A stretch of 64,000 bases of DNA from NCBI GenBank assembly GCA_965223005.1, contig CBDCVK010000010.1, positions 960,001 through 1,024,000 on the forward strand, given 5' to 3'. The notes under the pieces are model-generated. The model made no database searches. It was given only the letters and a program-made list of their open reading frames with translations, and was not told where the DNA came from. Origin of the DNA: Terriglobia bacterium. Lineage in GTDB: Bacteria; Acidobacteriota; Terriglobia; JAJPHL01; JAPKYU01. Both the position numbers and the translations under genes were made by a program. Positions 39,121-49,735 of the stretch are shown one piece after another (the first letter of the stretch is position 1; each line of letters starts with the position of its first letter).

Positions 39121-39849
39121 TTAAAGCGCAAAACGGTTCAAAAAGGAAAGATAGCCGGAAAGCCTGGTGAATTGGTTCGTCACGAGCAGAGCGCCGACCA
39201 AAATCAGCACCGCGCCGGAAAACACCTCCACCGTGTGCAGATGCCTGCGGAAACCACGGTAGAAGTTGAAGAACTGGCTCAGCCCCAGACTGGTCAGCAG
39301 GAACGGCACCGCGAGACCCAGCGAATAGACTGCCAGCAGCAGGATGCCCTGGGCAATTGTTTGCTTGGTGGACGCCAAAGCCAGGATGGCTGCCAGGATG
39401 GGGCCGATACAGGGCGTCCATCCAAAGGCGAATGCCAGGCCCAACAGCAGGGAACCCGGCGCCGACACAGATCGACTGGCTGGGTTGGTGCGGATGCGGG
39501 CATCGCGGTACAACAGGCCGATTTTCAGAATGCCGGTCATGTGCAGGCCGAACAGGATCACCACCACGCCGCCAACCTGCAACAGTAAGGGCAGGTGGGA
39601 GCGCAGCGTCCCACCCAGCCAGGTGGCCGAGGCCCCTAGCGAGATGAACACGATGGAGAAGCCAGCGATGAAGAACAGGGAATGGAACAGCACGCGGCGC
39701 AACAGGTGGTCATCCCGGCCAGCCGCTTTCAACTCCTCCACGCTGGCCCCGGAAATGATCGAAACGTAGCCGGGCACAAGCGGAAGAACACACGGGGAAA
39801 GGAAAGAAACGATCCCTGCGAGAAACGCTGCGGTTAACGAAACGTCCAT
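39121..39849 (-). CDS. ccdA: Cytochrome c biogenesis disulfide transporter CcdA
   Basis: FLSPCVLPLVPGY and WTPCIGPIL; six TM helices. Confidence 0.93.
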   Translation of the reverse strand: MDVSLTAAFLAGIVSFLSPCVLPLVPGYVSIISGASVEELKAAGRDDHLLRRVLFHSLFFIAGFSIVFISLGASATWLGGTLRSHLPLLLQVGGVVVILFGLHMTGILKIGLLYRDARIRTNPASRSVSAPGSLLLGLAFAFGWTPCIGPILAAILALASTKQTIAQGILLLAVYSLGLAVPFLLTSLGLSQFFNFYRGFRRHLHTVEVFSGAVLILVGALLVTNQFTRLSGYLSFLNRFAL

Positions 39850-39954
39850 ACGTTATTTAGACGCTATGCGCGCAGCCTTTGGTGCACAAAACGGTTGCCC
39901 GCGACCCACGGTGCCTGTGTTCATATTACCGCACTCCGGCCCCCAAATGCGATT

Positions 39955-40548
39955 TTACGGGAAACCAGCCGCCGCGCGCCAAGCCTGCCATCGCTTGGTC
40001 CGGGCGCGCCGTTCCAACGTCCACTCCGAGTGACAGCTGCGGCGATGGCCTGCCTGGCGCAGTAGCAGCCAGGCGCCGGTGTCACAGAAGCTCTCACACA
40101 GGTAGTAGCGCCAGCGTGTCTGCCGGGCGCGGGCGGGTCCGGGAGAGGCTGCGGTCGTCGCCTGACCCTGGGCACCGCGCAGGGCCTCTTTGGCCTCCTC
40201 GGCGGAGTAGCCCAGTTCGCCACGGATGCCGGCTTCCGTTTCCCGCGCGATGGCAGCTTCATAGAGGCGGCGGCCAGATCGCAATCGTGGCCAGAGGAAG
40301 TGGCAGAGTTCGTGGTACAGGATGCGGCCTAGTTCTCCGGGCCGCGAAAACAGCGATTGCCCCAGCAGCAGGTAGCGCTGTGGGATAAAGCTTGCCGCAT
40401 GGGCCGGACTGCGTGCCTGCGTTTGCAGGCTGGCCGCCGCGGCAACTTTGATGCGCGGCAGCCGCATGCTGAATCCTGCGGGCAGCGCTTCCAGCCAGCG
40501 CGCCAGTGCCGCCCGCTGCTTGGCTGAAAGTTGCGGGGACAGTTCCAC
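39955..40548 (-). CDS. Hypothetical protein with HExxH zinc-binding motif
   Basis: ILYHELCHFLW and downstream ESFCD; start approximate (the longer ORF overlaps the opposite gene). Confidence 0.65.
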   Translation of the reverse strand: MELSPQLSAKQRAALARWLEALPAGFSMRLPRIKVAAAASLQTQARSPAHAASFIPQRYLLLGQSLFSRPGELGRILYHELCHFLWPRLRSGRRLYEAAIARETEAGIRGELGYSAEEAKEALRGAQGQATTAASPGPARARQTRWRYYLCESFCDTGAWLLLRQAGHRRSCHSEWTLERRARTKRWQAWRAAAGFP

Positions 40549-40749
40549 GGGTCCGCAGCGCCGCCCTCCCCGGAAGCGGTGCGGCGCCAGAATCACCCGT
40601 GCCGAGGTTCTATTTCCGACAGCAGCCGTACGGTCTCGTAACTTGACAACCACGAGGATAACAGTACTAGATAGCAATGGCAGCAACCAGAGGGGATCTG
40701 CGCGTGTCCATTTGGCTGGAGTCTTGGCCTGCGTCTCGGAGGGAGTCCA

Positions 40750-41301
40750 GTGTACGTGCAACCGGGATCGGAACTCAGTTCGCTGTTCACCGGATTGGTG
40801 GAACACAACTTCCACGGAACTCTGGCGTTGGACGATCCCGAGGTCACTTCCTATATCATCGGCTTGCTCACCGATTTTGTCCGAATCGAAAATCTCTACA
40901 AGGTCCGTGACACGCAAGGCCGGCCGCTGGAAGACGTGGGGGAGATGATGATTGAGTCCAATCCCCTGATGAACGCTCCTTCCTTTGACCGGGAACGGCA
41001 GGTTCGGAAGCACATTGGGGACTTCACCTTGTTCTTCACCGGCATGTTTCCCGAATCCATCCGCAACTGGCGGCTGCGGCACGAGCGCCTGGATTCCTTC
41101 GTGGACTACGTCAAGGCTGGCAAGGAGTCCTATCACATTGTGGCGGCATTCGACCAGTTCGAGTACCGCAAGGTCGCGCCGCTGTTTCGGCAGCTTTCCG
41201 ACAAATTTGAGATGTGCGTCTACGGCCTGAACCTGGTGCGGCGCGAACTGGACTCAGGCCGGCCCCGACTCACCGGACAAATCCGCGAACTGCTCAGCTA
41301 A
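40750..41301 (+). CDS. Conserved hypothetical protein
   Basis: GGAGGGAG RBS; SFDRERQVRKHIGDFTLFFTGMFPE and GKESY motifs. Confidence 0.85.
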   Translation: MYVQPGSELSSLFTGLVEHNFHGTLALDDPEVTSYIIGLLTDFVRIENLYKVRDTQGRPLEDVGEMMIESNPLMNAPSFDRERQVRKHIGDFTLFFTGMFPESIRNWRLRHERLDSFVDYVKAGKESYHIVAAFDQFEYRKVAPLFRQLSDKFEMCVYGLNLVRRELDSGRPRLTGQIRELLS

Positions 41302-41414
41302 AGCGGCGGGTATCAGGTTTCAGGTGCCAGCCGGGTGCCAGGTGTCACGAAATTGCCTTGGCGTGGGACCGGAACCCGACCCTGGCATCTACGGGCCGCC
41401 GGTCCATGGGCAGA

Positions 41415-42875
41415 TCACGCTCCGGAAGTGCCGGAAGTTGTGGTGGCGCGTAAGGGTGGCGCCTGCCAGGCGCCCAAGCTCTCCTCCAGACGCGCGGCCA
41501 CAGCCAGCAGCAATTCTTCCTCGTAGGGGCGACCCACCAGTTGGACCCCGATGGGCAGGCCTTCGGGCGGACGGCTCACCGGCAGCACGACGGCAGGATT
41601 GCCCAGCAGGTTAAAGGTCTGAGCCGGCCCCATGGTGCTCCACATCCCGCTCAGTGTCTGGCCTTCGATGGTCCAGGATCGCTCGCCGTGGCGGAACGCG
41701 GGTATGGAACCGACCGGCGTCAGCAGCACCGGCACGTCCTCCATCTGCCGCAACAGCCAAGCGCGCATCTGGTCGCGTTCGGACCAGGCGTTGAGGAACT
41801 CGTCGTAAGTGATCGGACCCTCGTCTTCGGCCGCGGCCAAAAATTCTCTCGTGATGGCGTGCAACTGGCTTTCTCGTCCAGCCACAAAGGAACGAAATAG
41901 CGGCAGGCTGGCTCTGCCAAAAAACGTCCACCAGAGCTGGGGAGCGCGCTCCAGTGGGGCTGCCCGGAAAGGCTGGAGGTTGAATCCCTGTCGGCGTAGG
42001 GCTTCAGCGGCTGTTTGCACGGCGACCCGAGTTTCCGGCGTCACCGGCGCCACACCGTCATCCTCGTAAAAGCCGATGCGCAGGTTGCGGGTAACCCGGC
42101 GAGTTGTTTCCTCCGGAGAGGGAACCGGCAGCGGGACCGACATGGCATCGTCAGGATCCGGACCGGCCAGAACCTCGAACAGCAGGCGGACGTCCGCCAC
42201 CGCGCGCGCCATGGGTCCCACCACCCCCAGCAGGGCAAACGGCCCCACCAGCGCCGGAAAAAGTCCGGAGCCGGGAATGCGCCCCGGCGTGGGCTTTAGG
42301 CCCACAATGCCGCAAAAGTGGGCGGGGACGCGAACCGAGCCGCCGCCATCGGTGCCCAAGCCCCCGGCCGAGCAGCCCGACGCGATTGCGGCGGCTTCGC
42401 CTCCGCTGGAACCGCCGGGCGTACGGGCCAGGTCCCAGGGGTTGGCGGCGCGCCCCGTAATCAGGTTGTCGGTTTCGTAGGCAACAAGCAGGTCCGGAAC
42501 GTTGGTCTTGCCTAGAAGAATGGCGCCCGAAGCCCGCAGGCGTGCCACCACCGGGGCATCGCGCGCGGGCAGAAACCCGGTTCGCAGTCGGCAGCCACTC
42601 TGGGTCGGGATGCCGGCGGTCTCGATGCAGTCCTTGACCGTGACCGGCACGCCGTGCAACGGCCCTAGATTGTAGCCGCGCCGGACGGCCGATTCGGCCT
42701 GCCTCGCCTCCCGCTGGGCTTCTTCGTTCAGCACGGTGGCAAAGGCCCGCAGCTCCTGGTTCACATCCCGAATCCGCGCCAGGTGGGCTTCCACCAGTTC
42801 CACCGGGGAAACCTGACCGCTTCTGACCAGCTCGGCCATGCGCGTGGCGGATTCGAAGATCAGCTCGGAAGGCAC
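41415..42875 (-). CDS. Amidase signature family protein
   Basis: [30 protein letters not shown]. Confidence 0.95.
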   Translation of the reverse strand: MPSELIFESATRMAELVRSGQVSPVELVEAHLARIRDVNQELRAFATVLNEEAQREARQAESAVRRGYNLGPLHGVPVTVKDCIETAGIPTQSGCRLRTGFLPARDAPVVARLRASGAILLGKTNVPDLLVAYETDNLITGRAANPWDLARTPGGSSGGEAAAIASGCSAGGLGTDGGGSVRVPAHFCGIVGLKPTPGRIPGSGLFPALVGPFALLGVVGPMARAVADVRLLFEVLAGPDPDDAMSVPLPVPSPEETTRRVTRNLRIGFYEDDGVAPVTPETRVAVQTAAEALRRQGFNLQPFRAAPLERAPQLWWTFFGRASLPLFRSFVAGRESQLHAITREFLAAAEDEGPITYDEFLNAWSERDQMRAWLLRQMEDVPVLLTPVGSIPAFRHGERSWTIEGQTLSGMWSTMGPAQTFNLLGNPAVVLPVSRPPEGLPIGVQLVGRPYEEELLLAVAARLEESLGAWQAPPLRATTTSGTSGA

Positions 42876-42970
42876 CGGCACATTGTATCCCTACAGTAGA
42901 AACTTCCGCGCGCTGTACCCGGGAAAAGCGCGCCATGGCCGGCGGCACGCTGGAGTACAATCAAAATTCG

Positions 42971-45196
42971 ATGTCCTTGTTGGAGCAGCTCAACCAGCAA
43001 CAACGCGAGGCGGTGACGGCCACCGAAGGGCCGTTGCTCGTGCTGGCGGGAGCAGGCTCCGGAAAAACCCGTGTCATCGCCTACCGCATCGCTTACTTGA
43101 TGGATGATCTGGCTGTGCAGCCGGAAAACATCCTGGCCGTCACCTTCACCAACAAGGCGGCCGACGAGATGCGGCTGCGCGTGCAGTCGCTCGTGGGATG
43201 CCAAGTGGCGCGCATGCCCTGGATTTCCACCTTCCATTCCTTCTGCGTGCGGGTGCTGCGCCGGGACGGTCCCGCCGCCGGCATTTCGCGCGAGTTCACC
43301 ATCTACGATGAGGACGAGCAATTGGCGATCGTCCGCAAGGCGATGAAGGAGCTGTCCCTGGACGAGCAGTTTATGCGGGCGCGCGCGGTGCTGACTCGCA
43401 TCAGCCATGGCAAGAACCACGGGATCAGCCCGCAGGTTTTCCGCGACACGGCCTCCGACCCGCGCAGCGAGCAGTTGGCGACGATCTACGAGCATTACCA
43501 GGCCGTGCTGCGACGCTCCAACGCCCTCGATTTCGACGACCTGCTGCTCGAAGCCGTGCGCTTGCTGGCCACCAGCCAGGAGAGCGCGGCCAAGTACAAC
43601 CAGCGTTTCCAACACGTGCTGGTGGACGAGTATCAAGATATCAACCGCCCCCAGTACGAACTAGTCCGGCTGCTCACTCGGCTGCACCGCAACCTGTGCG
43701 TGGTGGGCGACGAGGACCAGTCCATTTACGGCTGGCGCGGGGCTGAGCTGCGCAACATCTTAGAGTTTGAGCAGGATTTTCCAGAGGCGCGCATGATTCG
43801 CCTGGAGCAGAACTACCGCTCGTCAAAAACCATCCTGGCGGCGGCCAGCGCCGTGGTGGCTCACAACGAATCCCGCATTGGCAAGACATTGTGGACAGAA
43901 AACCAGCAGGGCGAAGGAGTGGGCCTGTATGAGGCTCCCGACGCCGAAAACGAAGCGCTGTTCGTGGCGGATTGGGTAGCGCGCTACCTTGCGACAAATC
44001 CCGAGGGACGTGCCGCGGTGCTCTTCCGCTCCAGCGCGCGGCTACGCCCCCTGGAAGAAGCCATGCGGCGCTACGGCCTAAAGTACCGCGTGGTCGCTGG
44101 TACCAGTTTTTACGAGCGGGCCGAGATCAAGGATCTGCTGTCTTACCTGAAGTTCGCGCGAAATCCCGACGATTCCCTCAGCCTGCTGCGTATTATCAAT
44201 ATTCCTCCTCGGGGCATCGGCAAGAAAACGGTGGAGCAATTGGAGGGTTACGCGCTGGAGCACAGCTTGGCGCTGTGGCTGGCGCTGGAAGGAGTGCTGA
44301 AGGCAAAGCTGTTGCGGGGGCCTAAGCATGAGACCTTGGCCGAATTCCGCAGGCTGGCCGAAGACTTGATAGCGCTGGTTCAGGCAGAGGCCCCGGCCAC
44401 TGAATTGCTGCGCGCCGTGCTCGACCGCACCGGCTATGTGACCCGACTGGAAGAGGAGGGCACGCCCGAGGCCAGCAGCCGCGTGGAGAACATCCAGGAA
44501 TTGCTGAATGCGGCCCAGGACAGCGTGGAGCGTGGCGAAACACTGGCCGAATTCCTGGATCACTCCGCCCTGGTCGCGGAAGTCGACGACTACGACGAGC
44601 GCGCGGCCATCACGCTGATGACGCTGCATGCCGCCAAGGGCCTGGAGTTCCCCGTGGTCTTCCTGGTGGGTCTGGAGGAGGGACTGTTTCCCCACAGCCG
44701 CTCCGTGCAGGGCCCGGCTGGCGTAGAAGAGGAGCGGCGGCTCTGCTATGTGGGAATGACGCGGGCTCAGCAGCGGCTGATCCTGACCCGCGCCGAGTTC
44801 CGTCGCCACTACGGCACCGCACTGCAGGATGAGACCGAGCCTTCCCGGTTCCTGGAAGAGATCCCGCGCGAACTACTGGAGAACCTGGGCGGGCCGCGGC
44901 GGCGGAAGGTGACAGCAACCTACAGCGGTCCCGCTTACAATTCGGTACAGGACGTCGCAAGGTTCCTTGAGGCCCGCGGGATCCGCTCCCGATCAAGCTC
45001 AAAAGGGCTGCCGGTCGAGCCAACACGGGGCGACTCGGCGATTCGACTGGGCCAGCGGGTCCGCCATTCCAAGTTCGGCGTAGGCACTGTGGTGCACCGC
45101 GAGGGCGATGGCGCAGAAGCGAAGGTGACCGTCTCGTTCCCGGACTACGGGTTGAGGAAACTGGTGCAAAAGTACGCCGGCCTGGAGAAGGCCTAG
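42971..45196 (+). CDS. pcrA: ATP-dependent DNA helicase PcrA/UvrD
   Basis: LAGAGSGKT, VDEYQD, QNYRS, TLHAAKGLEFP, EERRLCYVGMTRA, C-terminal tudor-like HSKFG. Confidence 0.95.
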   Translation: MSLLEQLNQQQREAVTATEGPLLVLAGAGSGKTRVIAYRIAYLMDDLAVQPENILAVTFTNKAADEMRLRVQSLVGCQVARMPWISTFHSFCVRVLRRDGPAAGISREFTIYDEDEQLAIVRKAMKELSLDEQFMRARAVLTRISHGKNHGISPQVFRDTASDPRSEQLATIYEHYQAVLRRSNALDFDDLLLEAVRLLATSQESAAKYNQRFQHVLVDEYQDINRPQYELVRLLTRLHRNLCVVGDEDQSIYGWRGAELRNILEFEQDFPEARMIRLEQNYRSSKTILAAASAVVAHNESRIGKTLWTENQQGEGVGLYEAPDAENEALFVADWVARYLATNPEGRAAVLFRSSARLRPLEEAMRRYGLKYRVVAGTSFYERAEIKDLLSYLKFARNPDDSLSLLRIINIPPRGIGKKTVEQLEGYALEHSLALWLALEGVLKAKLLRGPKHETLAEFRRLAEDLIALVQAEAPATELLRAVLDRTGYVTRLEEEGTPEASSRVENIQELLNAAQDSVERGETLAEFLDHSALVAEVDDYDERAAITLMTLHAAKGLEFPVVFLVGLEEGLFPHSRSVQGPAGVEEERRLCYVGMTRAQQRLILTRAEFRRHYGTALQDETEPSRFLEEIPRELLENLGGPRRRKVTATYSGPAYNSVQDVARFLEARGIRSRSSSKGLPVEPTRGDSAIRLGQRVRHSKFGVGTVVHREGDGAEAKVTVSFPDYGLRKLVQKYAGLEKA

Positions 45197-45252
45197 GGGA
45201 GTAACTGGTAGCTCGCGGTTAGTAGAGACTACAGGCTACAATCGACAAACTT

Positions 45253-45414
45253 ATGGACACAAAACAACTCGCACGCGAAGAGCGCAAGAAAGCCAAGCGC
45301 GCAGGGCGCAAGGCGCGCAAGATCAAGTCTCCCAAACCGAAATCTTCTGCCGAGCGCGGCTCCCGGAAGCGGAAGCCGAGGAAGAGAGGCCCGGGTCTGG
45401 CGCGGAGGCGTTAG
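45253..45414 (+). CDS. 53-aa Lys/Arg-rich small protein (below ORF-track cutoff)
   Basis: MDTKQLAREERKKAKRAGRKARKIKSPKPKSSAERGSRKRKPRKRGPGLARRR*, translated by hand. Confidence 0.7.
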   Translation: MDTKQLAREERKKAKRAGRKARKIKSPKPKSSAERGSRKRKPRKRGPGLARRR

Positions 45415-45536
45415 CGAGGATTGGCTTCGCAACTGCTTCGCACCAAATCCGTCGAGCTCCGCTCGGTGAACCCCGGGACGCAACGGAAGGACGGCATCCA
45501 ACTGCCTGCTTCTTGATGTGTTCCCCGTGGTGCATA

Positions 45537-46331
45537 TTACTTGCGCACGCCGAAGTCCCAGAGGAGGAGGTTCAGGTCATTGCCGAGGAATTCCACTACG
45601 GCGTATTCGCCGGAGCGGAGGGGTTCTTGCGGAACGAGCCGGAAGACGTTGAGGGTTACGGTCTCCACCGTCAGGGGAATAGAGTCGCCCGCGTGGGTCG
45701 GTTTACCGCTGAAGACCCGCAACAGAATCGCTTCCACGCGGCGCTTGTCGCCCTTGGGCTTCAGGCGCAGGAGCGCGTAGCGCGAGTCGCCGCGCGCCCG
45801 CCCGTTGGCAAACAGCCCCTCAGGCGACTTCTCCAGCTGCAGTGTCGCGCGGGCGCCAGGGATCTCGACAAGGGTGCGATGTTTCAGTAGCGGCACAGGC
45901 AGCAGGATGTTGGTCAACATCCGTCCCTTGTCGGTGCGCACCGACGCCTGGTGCTGCGGCAGCTCCCGCACCTTTCCGTTTTCCACCACGAACAGGCCGT
46001 CTTTGTCGGGAAGATGCAGACCGGGCGCGATCTCGAAACCCGGTTCGTCAGCCGACGGCGAGCGGTCCGGCGTGGCGGCTTCTTCGGCCTTCTGGAGAAC
46101 CTCCGCCTGTTCCTTCCGGTTTCGTTCTTCGGTAGCTTTCCAATCCACCAGGGAAGTCGGCATCTCTTCCCATTGATTGCGCTCCAGGCTGAAGTAGCGG
46201 ACGCGGTCACCCTGAAGCTGGTAGCTGCGCACGAGTTGGTCGCTGCCGTCTTTCAGCACCAGCTTCTGCCCGGCAGCCAGAGCGAGGAGGCTCACCGCCA
46301 GGGCCAGCACAAAGCTTCGGAGCACGGGCAT
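45537..46331 (-). CDS. Hypothetical exported protein
   Basis: Signal peptide; KLVLKDGS...YFSLER..WEE.P..LVDW.AT; C-terminal GEYAVVE...WDFGV. Confidence 0.8.
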   Translation of the reverse strand: MPVLRSFVLALAVSLLALAAGQKLVLKDGSDQLVRSYQLQGDRVRYFSLERNQWEEMPTSLVDWKATEERNRKEQAEVLQKAEEAATPDRSPSADEPGFEIAPGLHLPDKDGLFVVENGKVRELPQHQASVRTDKGRMLTNILLPVPLLKHRTLVEIPGARATLQLEKSPEGLFANGRARGDSRYALLRLKPKGDKRRVEAILLRVFSGKPTHAGDSIPLTVETVTLNVFRLVPQEPLRSGEYAVVEFLGNDLNLLLWDFGVRK

Positions 46332-46386
46332 ACCCAAGTGAAAGACGGGGCGAGGCGTCGGCTGGTTCCGATATGATGGCATCCCC

Positions 46387-47331
46387 TTGACGGATCTCGA
46401 AAAGTTCATCGTCTCACTGCCCAAAGCCGAAGTCCACTTGCACCTGGAGGGCTCGGTGGACCTGGAAACGCTGCGAGAGTTGGCCGTGCGGCACGGCCTC
46501 CCGCCTCCGCCGGTTGATCTTTATGAGTTCAGGGACTTCCCAGGTTTCCTGGCGGCATTTAAAACGGTCTGCCAGTACTTGCGCAGTCCCGAAGACTACG
46601 AGCTTATCACCTGCCGGCTGATGCGGCGCCTGCAGGCTGCGGGAGTAAGCTACACGGAAATCTATCTGGCCGCTGGTGTGCTGCTGTGGCAGAACAGGCC
46701 GCTCGAAGAGCTATTCGAAGGGGCGCGTGCCGGCTGGCGCCGGGGCCAACAGGAAGGCGAAATCGAAGTGCGGTGGATTTTCGACGCGACCCGCCAGTTC
46801 GGCCCGGAGGCGGCCATGCAGATGGCCCGCCGGGCGGTGCAGCTACGCGACCGCGGCGTGGTTGCCATCGGCATCGGCGGCGACGAGGCCCAGGCTCCAC
46901 CCGAGCTGTTCCGCGAAGTCTACGATTACGCGCGGAGTGAAGGACTGCGGCTGACTGCACATGCCGGCGAAACCACGGGCCCGGAATCTGTCTGGGGAGC
47001 TTTGCGCGCCCTGGGATCAGAGCGCATCGGCCACGGCCTGAGCGCCATCCGCGACCCCCAATTGGTAACCTACCTGGCCGAGAGGCAAGTCCCCGTAGAC
47101 GTGTGCCTGTCCAGCAACCTGCGCACCGGCGTCCTGGAGAGCCTCCCACAGCACCCGCTACGCCGCTTCTTCGACGCAGGAATGTTAGTTTCGCTTTCCA
47201 CCGACGATCCGAGCATGTTTGAGACCGAACTGGTACGCGAGTATGCGCTCGCCCATGACGCGCTCGGCTTCAGCCGCGACGAACTACGCCGCTTGGCGGA
47301 GAACTCATTCCGGGCGGCTTTTACGCCGTAG
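46387..47331 (+). CDS. add: Adenosine/adenine deaminase
   Basis: PKAEVHLHLEGS, TAHAGE, RIGHG, STDDP. Confidence 0.93.
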   Translation: MTDLEKFIVSLPKAEVHLHLEGSVDLETLRELAVRHGLPPPPVDLYEFRDFPGFLAAFKTVCQYLRSPEDYELITCRLMRRLQAAGVSYTEIYLAAGVLLWQNRPLEELFEGARAGWRRGQQEGEIEVRWIFDATRQFGPEAAMQMARRAVQLRDRGVVAIGIGGDEAQAPPELFREVYDYARSEGLRLTAHAGETTGPESVWGALRALGSERIGHGLSAIRDPQLVTYLAERQVPVDVCLSSNLRTGVLESLPQHPLRRFFDAGMLVSLSTDDPSMFETELVREYALAHDALGFSRDELRRLAENSFRAAFTP

Positions 47332-47391
47332 TATACTTTGGTCCCTCAGGCTCATTTGTCGGGCTAAACCAGTACCGGCTGAAAGCTATCC

Positions 47392-49005
47392 ATGCAACAT
47401 CCCGACCTGCCTGTGGGCGAGGTTTTGCGGCGGGCGGCACGTGATCATCCCGACCGGCTGGCGCTGGTGGCCCACTCGCCTTTTGGCGCCTCGAAAACGA
47501 ATCTCCGCTGGACATTTAGCGAACTCGACCAATGGGCCGACGTCTACGCCCGCGGGGCGATGGCCGCCGGACTGGAGAAGGGCGACTGTGCCGCAGTCTG
47601 GGTCACCAACATCGCCGAGTGGGTGCTGCTGGAGTTTGCCCTGGCCCGCGCCGGCGTAGTGCTGGTCACGGTGAACACCGCGTTCAAGGAGGCTGAGGTC
47701 GAGTATTTGCTGCGGCAATCGGAATCGAACGCGTTGTTCTTCGGCCCAGGTTTCCGCGACGTGAGCTACCCGCAGGTTCTGGCGTCCCTGCCGCCTCTGC
47801 CCGAGCTGCGTCAGAAATATTTTTTAGGGCCGGCGGCGCCCAACGGGGCTCTGTCGTTTCGCCATCTGGAGCAGCTCGCCGGGCGCGTATCCGCTGCTGA
47901 ACTTCGTCGGCGCGAACAGTCGCTCGAGCTCGACGATTTGATCAACATGCAGTACACCTCCGGAACGACCGGCTTCCCGAAGGGCGTGATGCTTACGCAT
48001 CGCAACATAGTGAACAACGGCCACTGGGTCGGCGTCGCGCTCGGGCTGACCTCGGACGACCGCGTCTGCGTCCCCGTGCCTCTGTTCCACTGCTTCGGTT
48101 GCGTGATCGGCGTTCTGGGCGGCTACACGCATTCGGCCGGCCTGGCCCTGGTGGAAAAGTTTGATCCCGTTCGAGTGCTGCAGACGATTCACCGCGAGCG
48201 CTGCACGGCCGTGCTGGGCGTGCCGACCATGTTTCTGGCGGAGATGGACCACCCGGATTTTCCCCAGTTCGATTTGACGTGCCTCCGCACCGGGGTGATG
48301 GCCGGCTCGGTCTGTCCGGCGACCATGGTGCGCCGGGTGATGGAACAGATGCATATCCCTGAGCTAACAATCGCCTACGGTCTCACCGAAGCCTCGCCCG
48401 TCATCACGCAGACCCGGCCTCAGGACCCTCTGGAAAAGCGGCTCGTTACGGTCGGCCGCGCGCTGCCGCATGTCGAGGCCAAAATTGTCGATCCGGCCAC
48501 GATGGAGGAGCTTCCTTCCGGCCGGCAAGGGGAGTTGGTTGCCCGGGGCTACCTGGTGATGAAGGGCTACTACAACAATCCGAAGGCCACCGAGGAGGCG
48601 ATTACGCACGATGGCTGGCTGCACAGTGGCGACCTGGCCACCCGGGACGCGGAGGGTTATTTCACCATTACCGGGCGCCTGAAGGAGATGATCATCCGCG
48701 GCGGCGAGAACATTTACCCGAAGGAAATCGAGGAGCTATTGCGCACGCATCCGAAGGTCAGCGACGTGGCCGTATTCGGCGTGCCGAACGACCGGCTCGG
48801 CGAGGAAGTGGCGGCGGCCGTGCGCCTGAAGGTTGGTGCGGTGGATGCCGAGGAAATTCGCGATTTTGTCCGCGCCCGCATTGCTGCTTTCAAGGTCCCC
48901 CGCTACATCCATTTCGTGGAGGGTTTTCCTCAGACCGCCAGCGGCAAGGTCCAGAAATTCCGTCTGCGGGAGATGTTCAGCTCCGCAGCCCAAACCCGCG
49001 GCTAG
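47392..49005 (+). CDS. Acyl-CoA synthetase (AMP-binding)
   Basis: YTSGTTGFPKG, YGLTEASP, HSGD, RGGENIYP, TASGKVQK. Confidence 0.95.
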   Translation: MQHPDLPVGEVLRRAARDHPDRLALVAHSPFGASKTNLRWTFSELDQWADVYARGAMAAGLEKGDCAAVWVTNIAEWVLLEFALARAGVVLVTVNTAFKEAEVEYLLRQSESNALFFGPGFRDVSYPQVLASLPPLPELRQKYFLGPAAPNGALSFRHLEQLAGRVSAAELRRREQSLELDDLINMQYTSGTTGFPKGVMLTHRNIVNNGHWVGVALGLTSDDRVCVPVPLFHCFGCVIGVLGGYTHSAGLALVEKFDPVRVLQTIHRERCTAVLGVPTMFLAEMDHPDFPQFDLTCLRTGVMAGSVCPATMVRRVMEQMHIPELTIAYGLTEASPVITQTRPQDPLEKRLVTVGRALPHVEAKIVDPATMEELPSGRQGELVARGYLVMKGYYNNPKATEEAITHDGWLHSGDLATRDAEGYFTITGRLKEMIIRGGENIYPKEIEELLRTHPKVSDVAVFGVPNDRLGEEVAAAVRLKVGAVDAEEIRDFVRARIAAFKVPRYIHFVEGFPQTASGKVQKFRLREMFSSAAQTRG

Positions 49006-49014
49006 CACCAGGAC

Positions 49015-49623
49015 ATGGCGCAGGAACGATCCGGACAGGTACAGGCGAGCTTGGCCCAGCGGCTGCGGCGGGCAGCCCTGTTTATCCTGTTTTCCCTGGT
49101 TTTGCTGATCCCCAAGGGCCTGGCCCTGCGCCGGCGCCACCGCTGGTGGAACCTCCTCCGTTTTGTTGTGGCCCTGATCGGAATCTTCCTGCTCGCGGAC
49201 CAGGGAGCATCCACGAGCCAGCTCCTGCTTGGGATATCGCTGCTGTTGCTGGCCCTATTCGTGCGCCCGGCGCGGGGAAAAAGATCCGTGGACGAGCAGG
49301 CGCGCGAGCTGGGAGCCTTGGTTGTGCTCAATGGTGGGAGATTCAGCCGGACTGGCAAGCGGCCGCGCCCGGTGCGGCTGTTCCTGGCCCCGGAGGCCTT
49401 GCATGTGCTCGACCTGGAGCACCAGCCCCTTCTCGAAGTCCCCGTTGGCTCGGTTTCCTCAGTTCGGGCGGAACCGACCACGCCGGGCTGGCGGTTGGTC
49501 ATCTGCTTCGGGGAATCCCGCGTGGAATTCCACTATGATGATTTCTTCGCCGAACACCTGGCCCGGACCGCAGAAACCACCCTGCGCAGCCAGCTCCACC
49601 GCGAGCTGCCAGTTGTGAGATAA
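49015..49623 (+). CDS. Hypothetical membrane protein
   Basis: Three N-terminal TM segments and a soluble C-terminal domain. Confidence 0.75.
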   Translation: MAQERSGQVQASLAQRLRRAALFILFSLVLLIPKGLALRRRHRWWNLLRFVVALIGIFLLADQGASTSQLLLGISLLLLALFVRPARGKRSVDEQARELGALVVLNGGRFSRTGKRPRPVRLFLAPEALHVLDLEHQPLLEVPVGSVSSVRAEPTTPGWRLVICFGESRVEFHYDDFFAEHLARTAETTLRSQLHRELPVVR

Positions 49624-49730
49624 GTTGTGAGCCGGTTCTGAGGCCAGTTGTGAGGCCGTTGGGAGGCCGTTGTGAGGTAGGATAGAGGCCCATCAATTTT
49701 GGAGTAGCTCTGGAGTAGGTCTGGAGGAGG
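49612..49730. repeat. Two 11-12-bp tandem repeat tracts
   Basis: gttgtgaggcc-like x6 (49612-49677) and tggagtagctc-like x3 (49700-49730), the last containing the RBS. Confidence 0.8.
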
Positions 49731-49735
49731 AGACA

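Noticed and set aside
37919-39849. Split DsbD system as a novelty
   Set aside because: CcdA with a TlpA thioredoxin and a stand-alone DsbD-N domain is an established arrangement.
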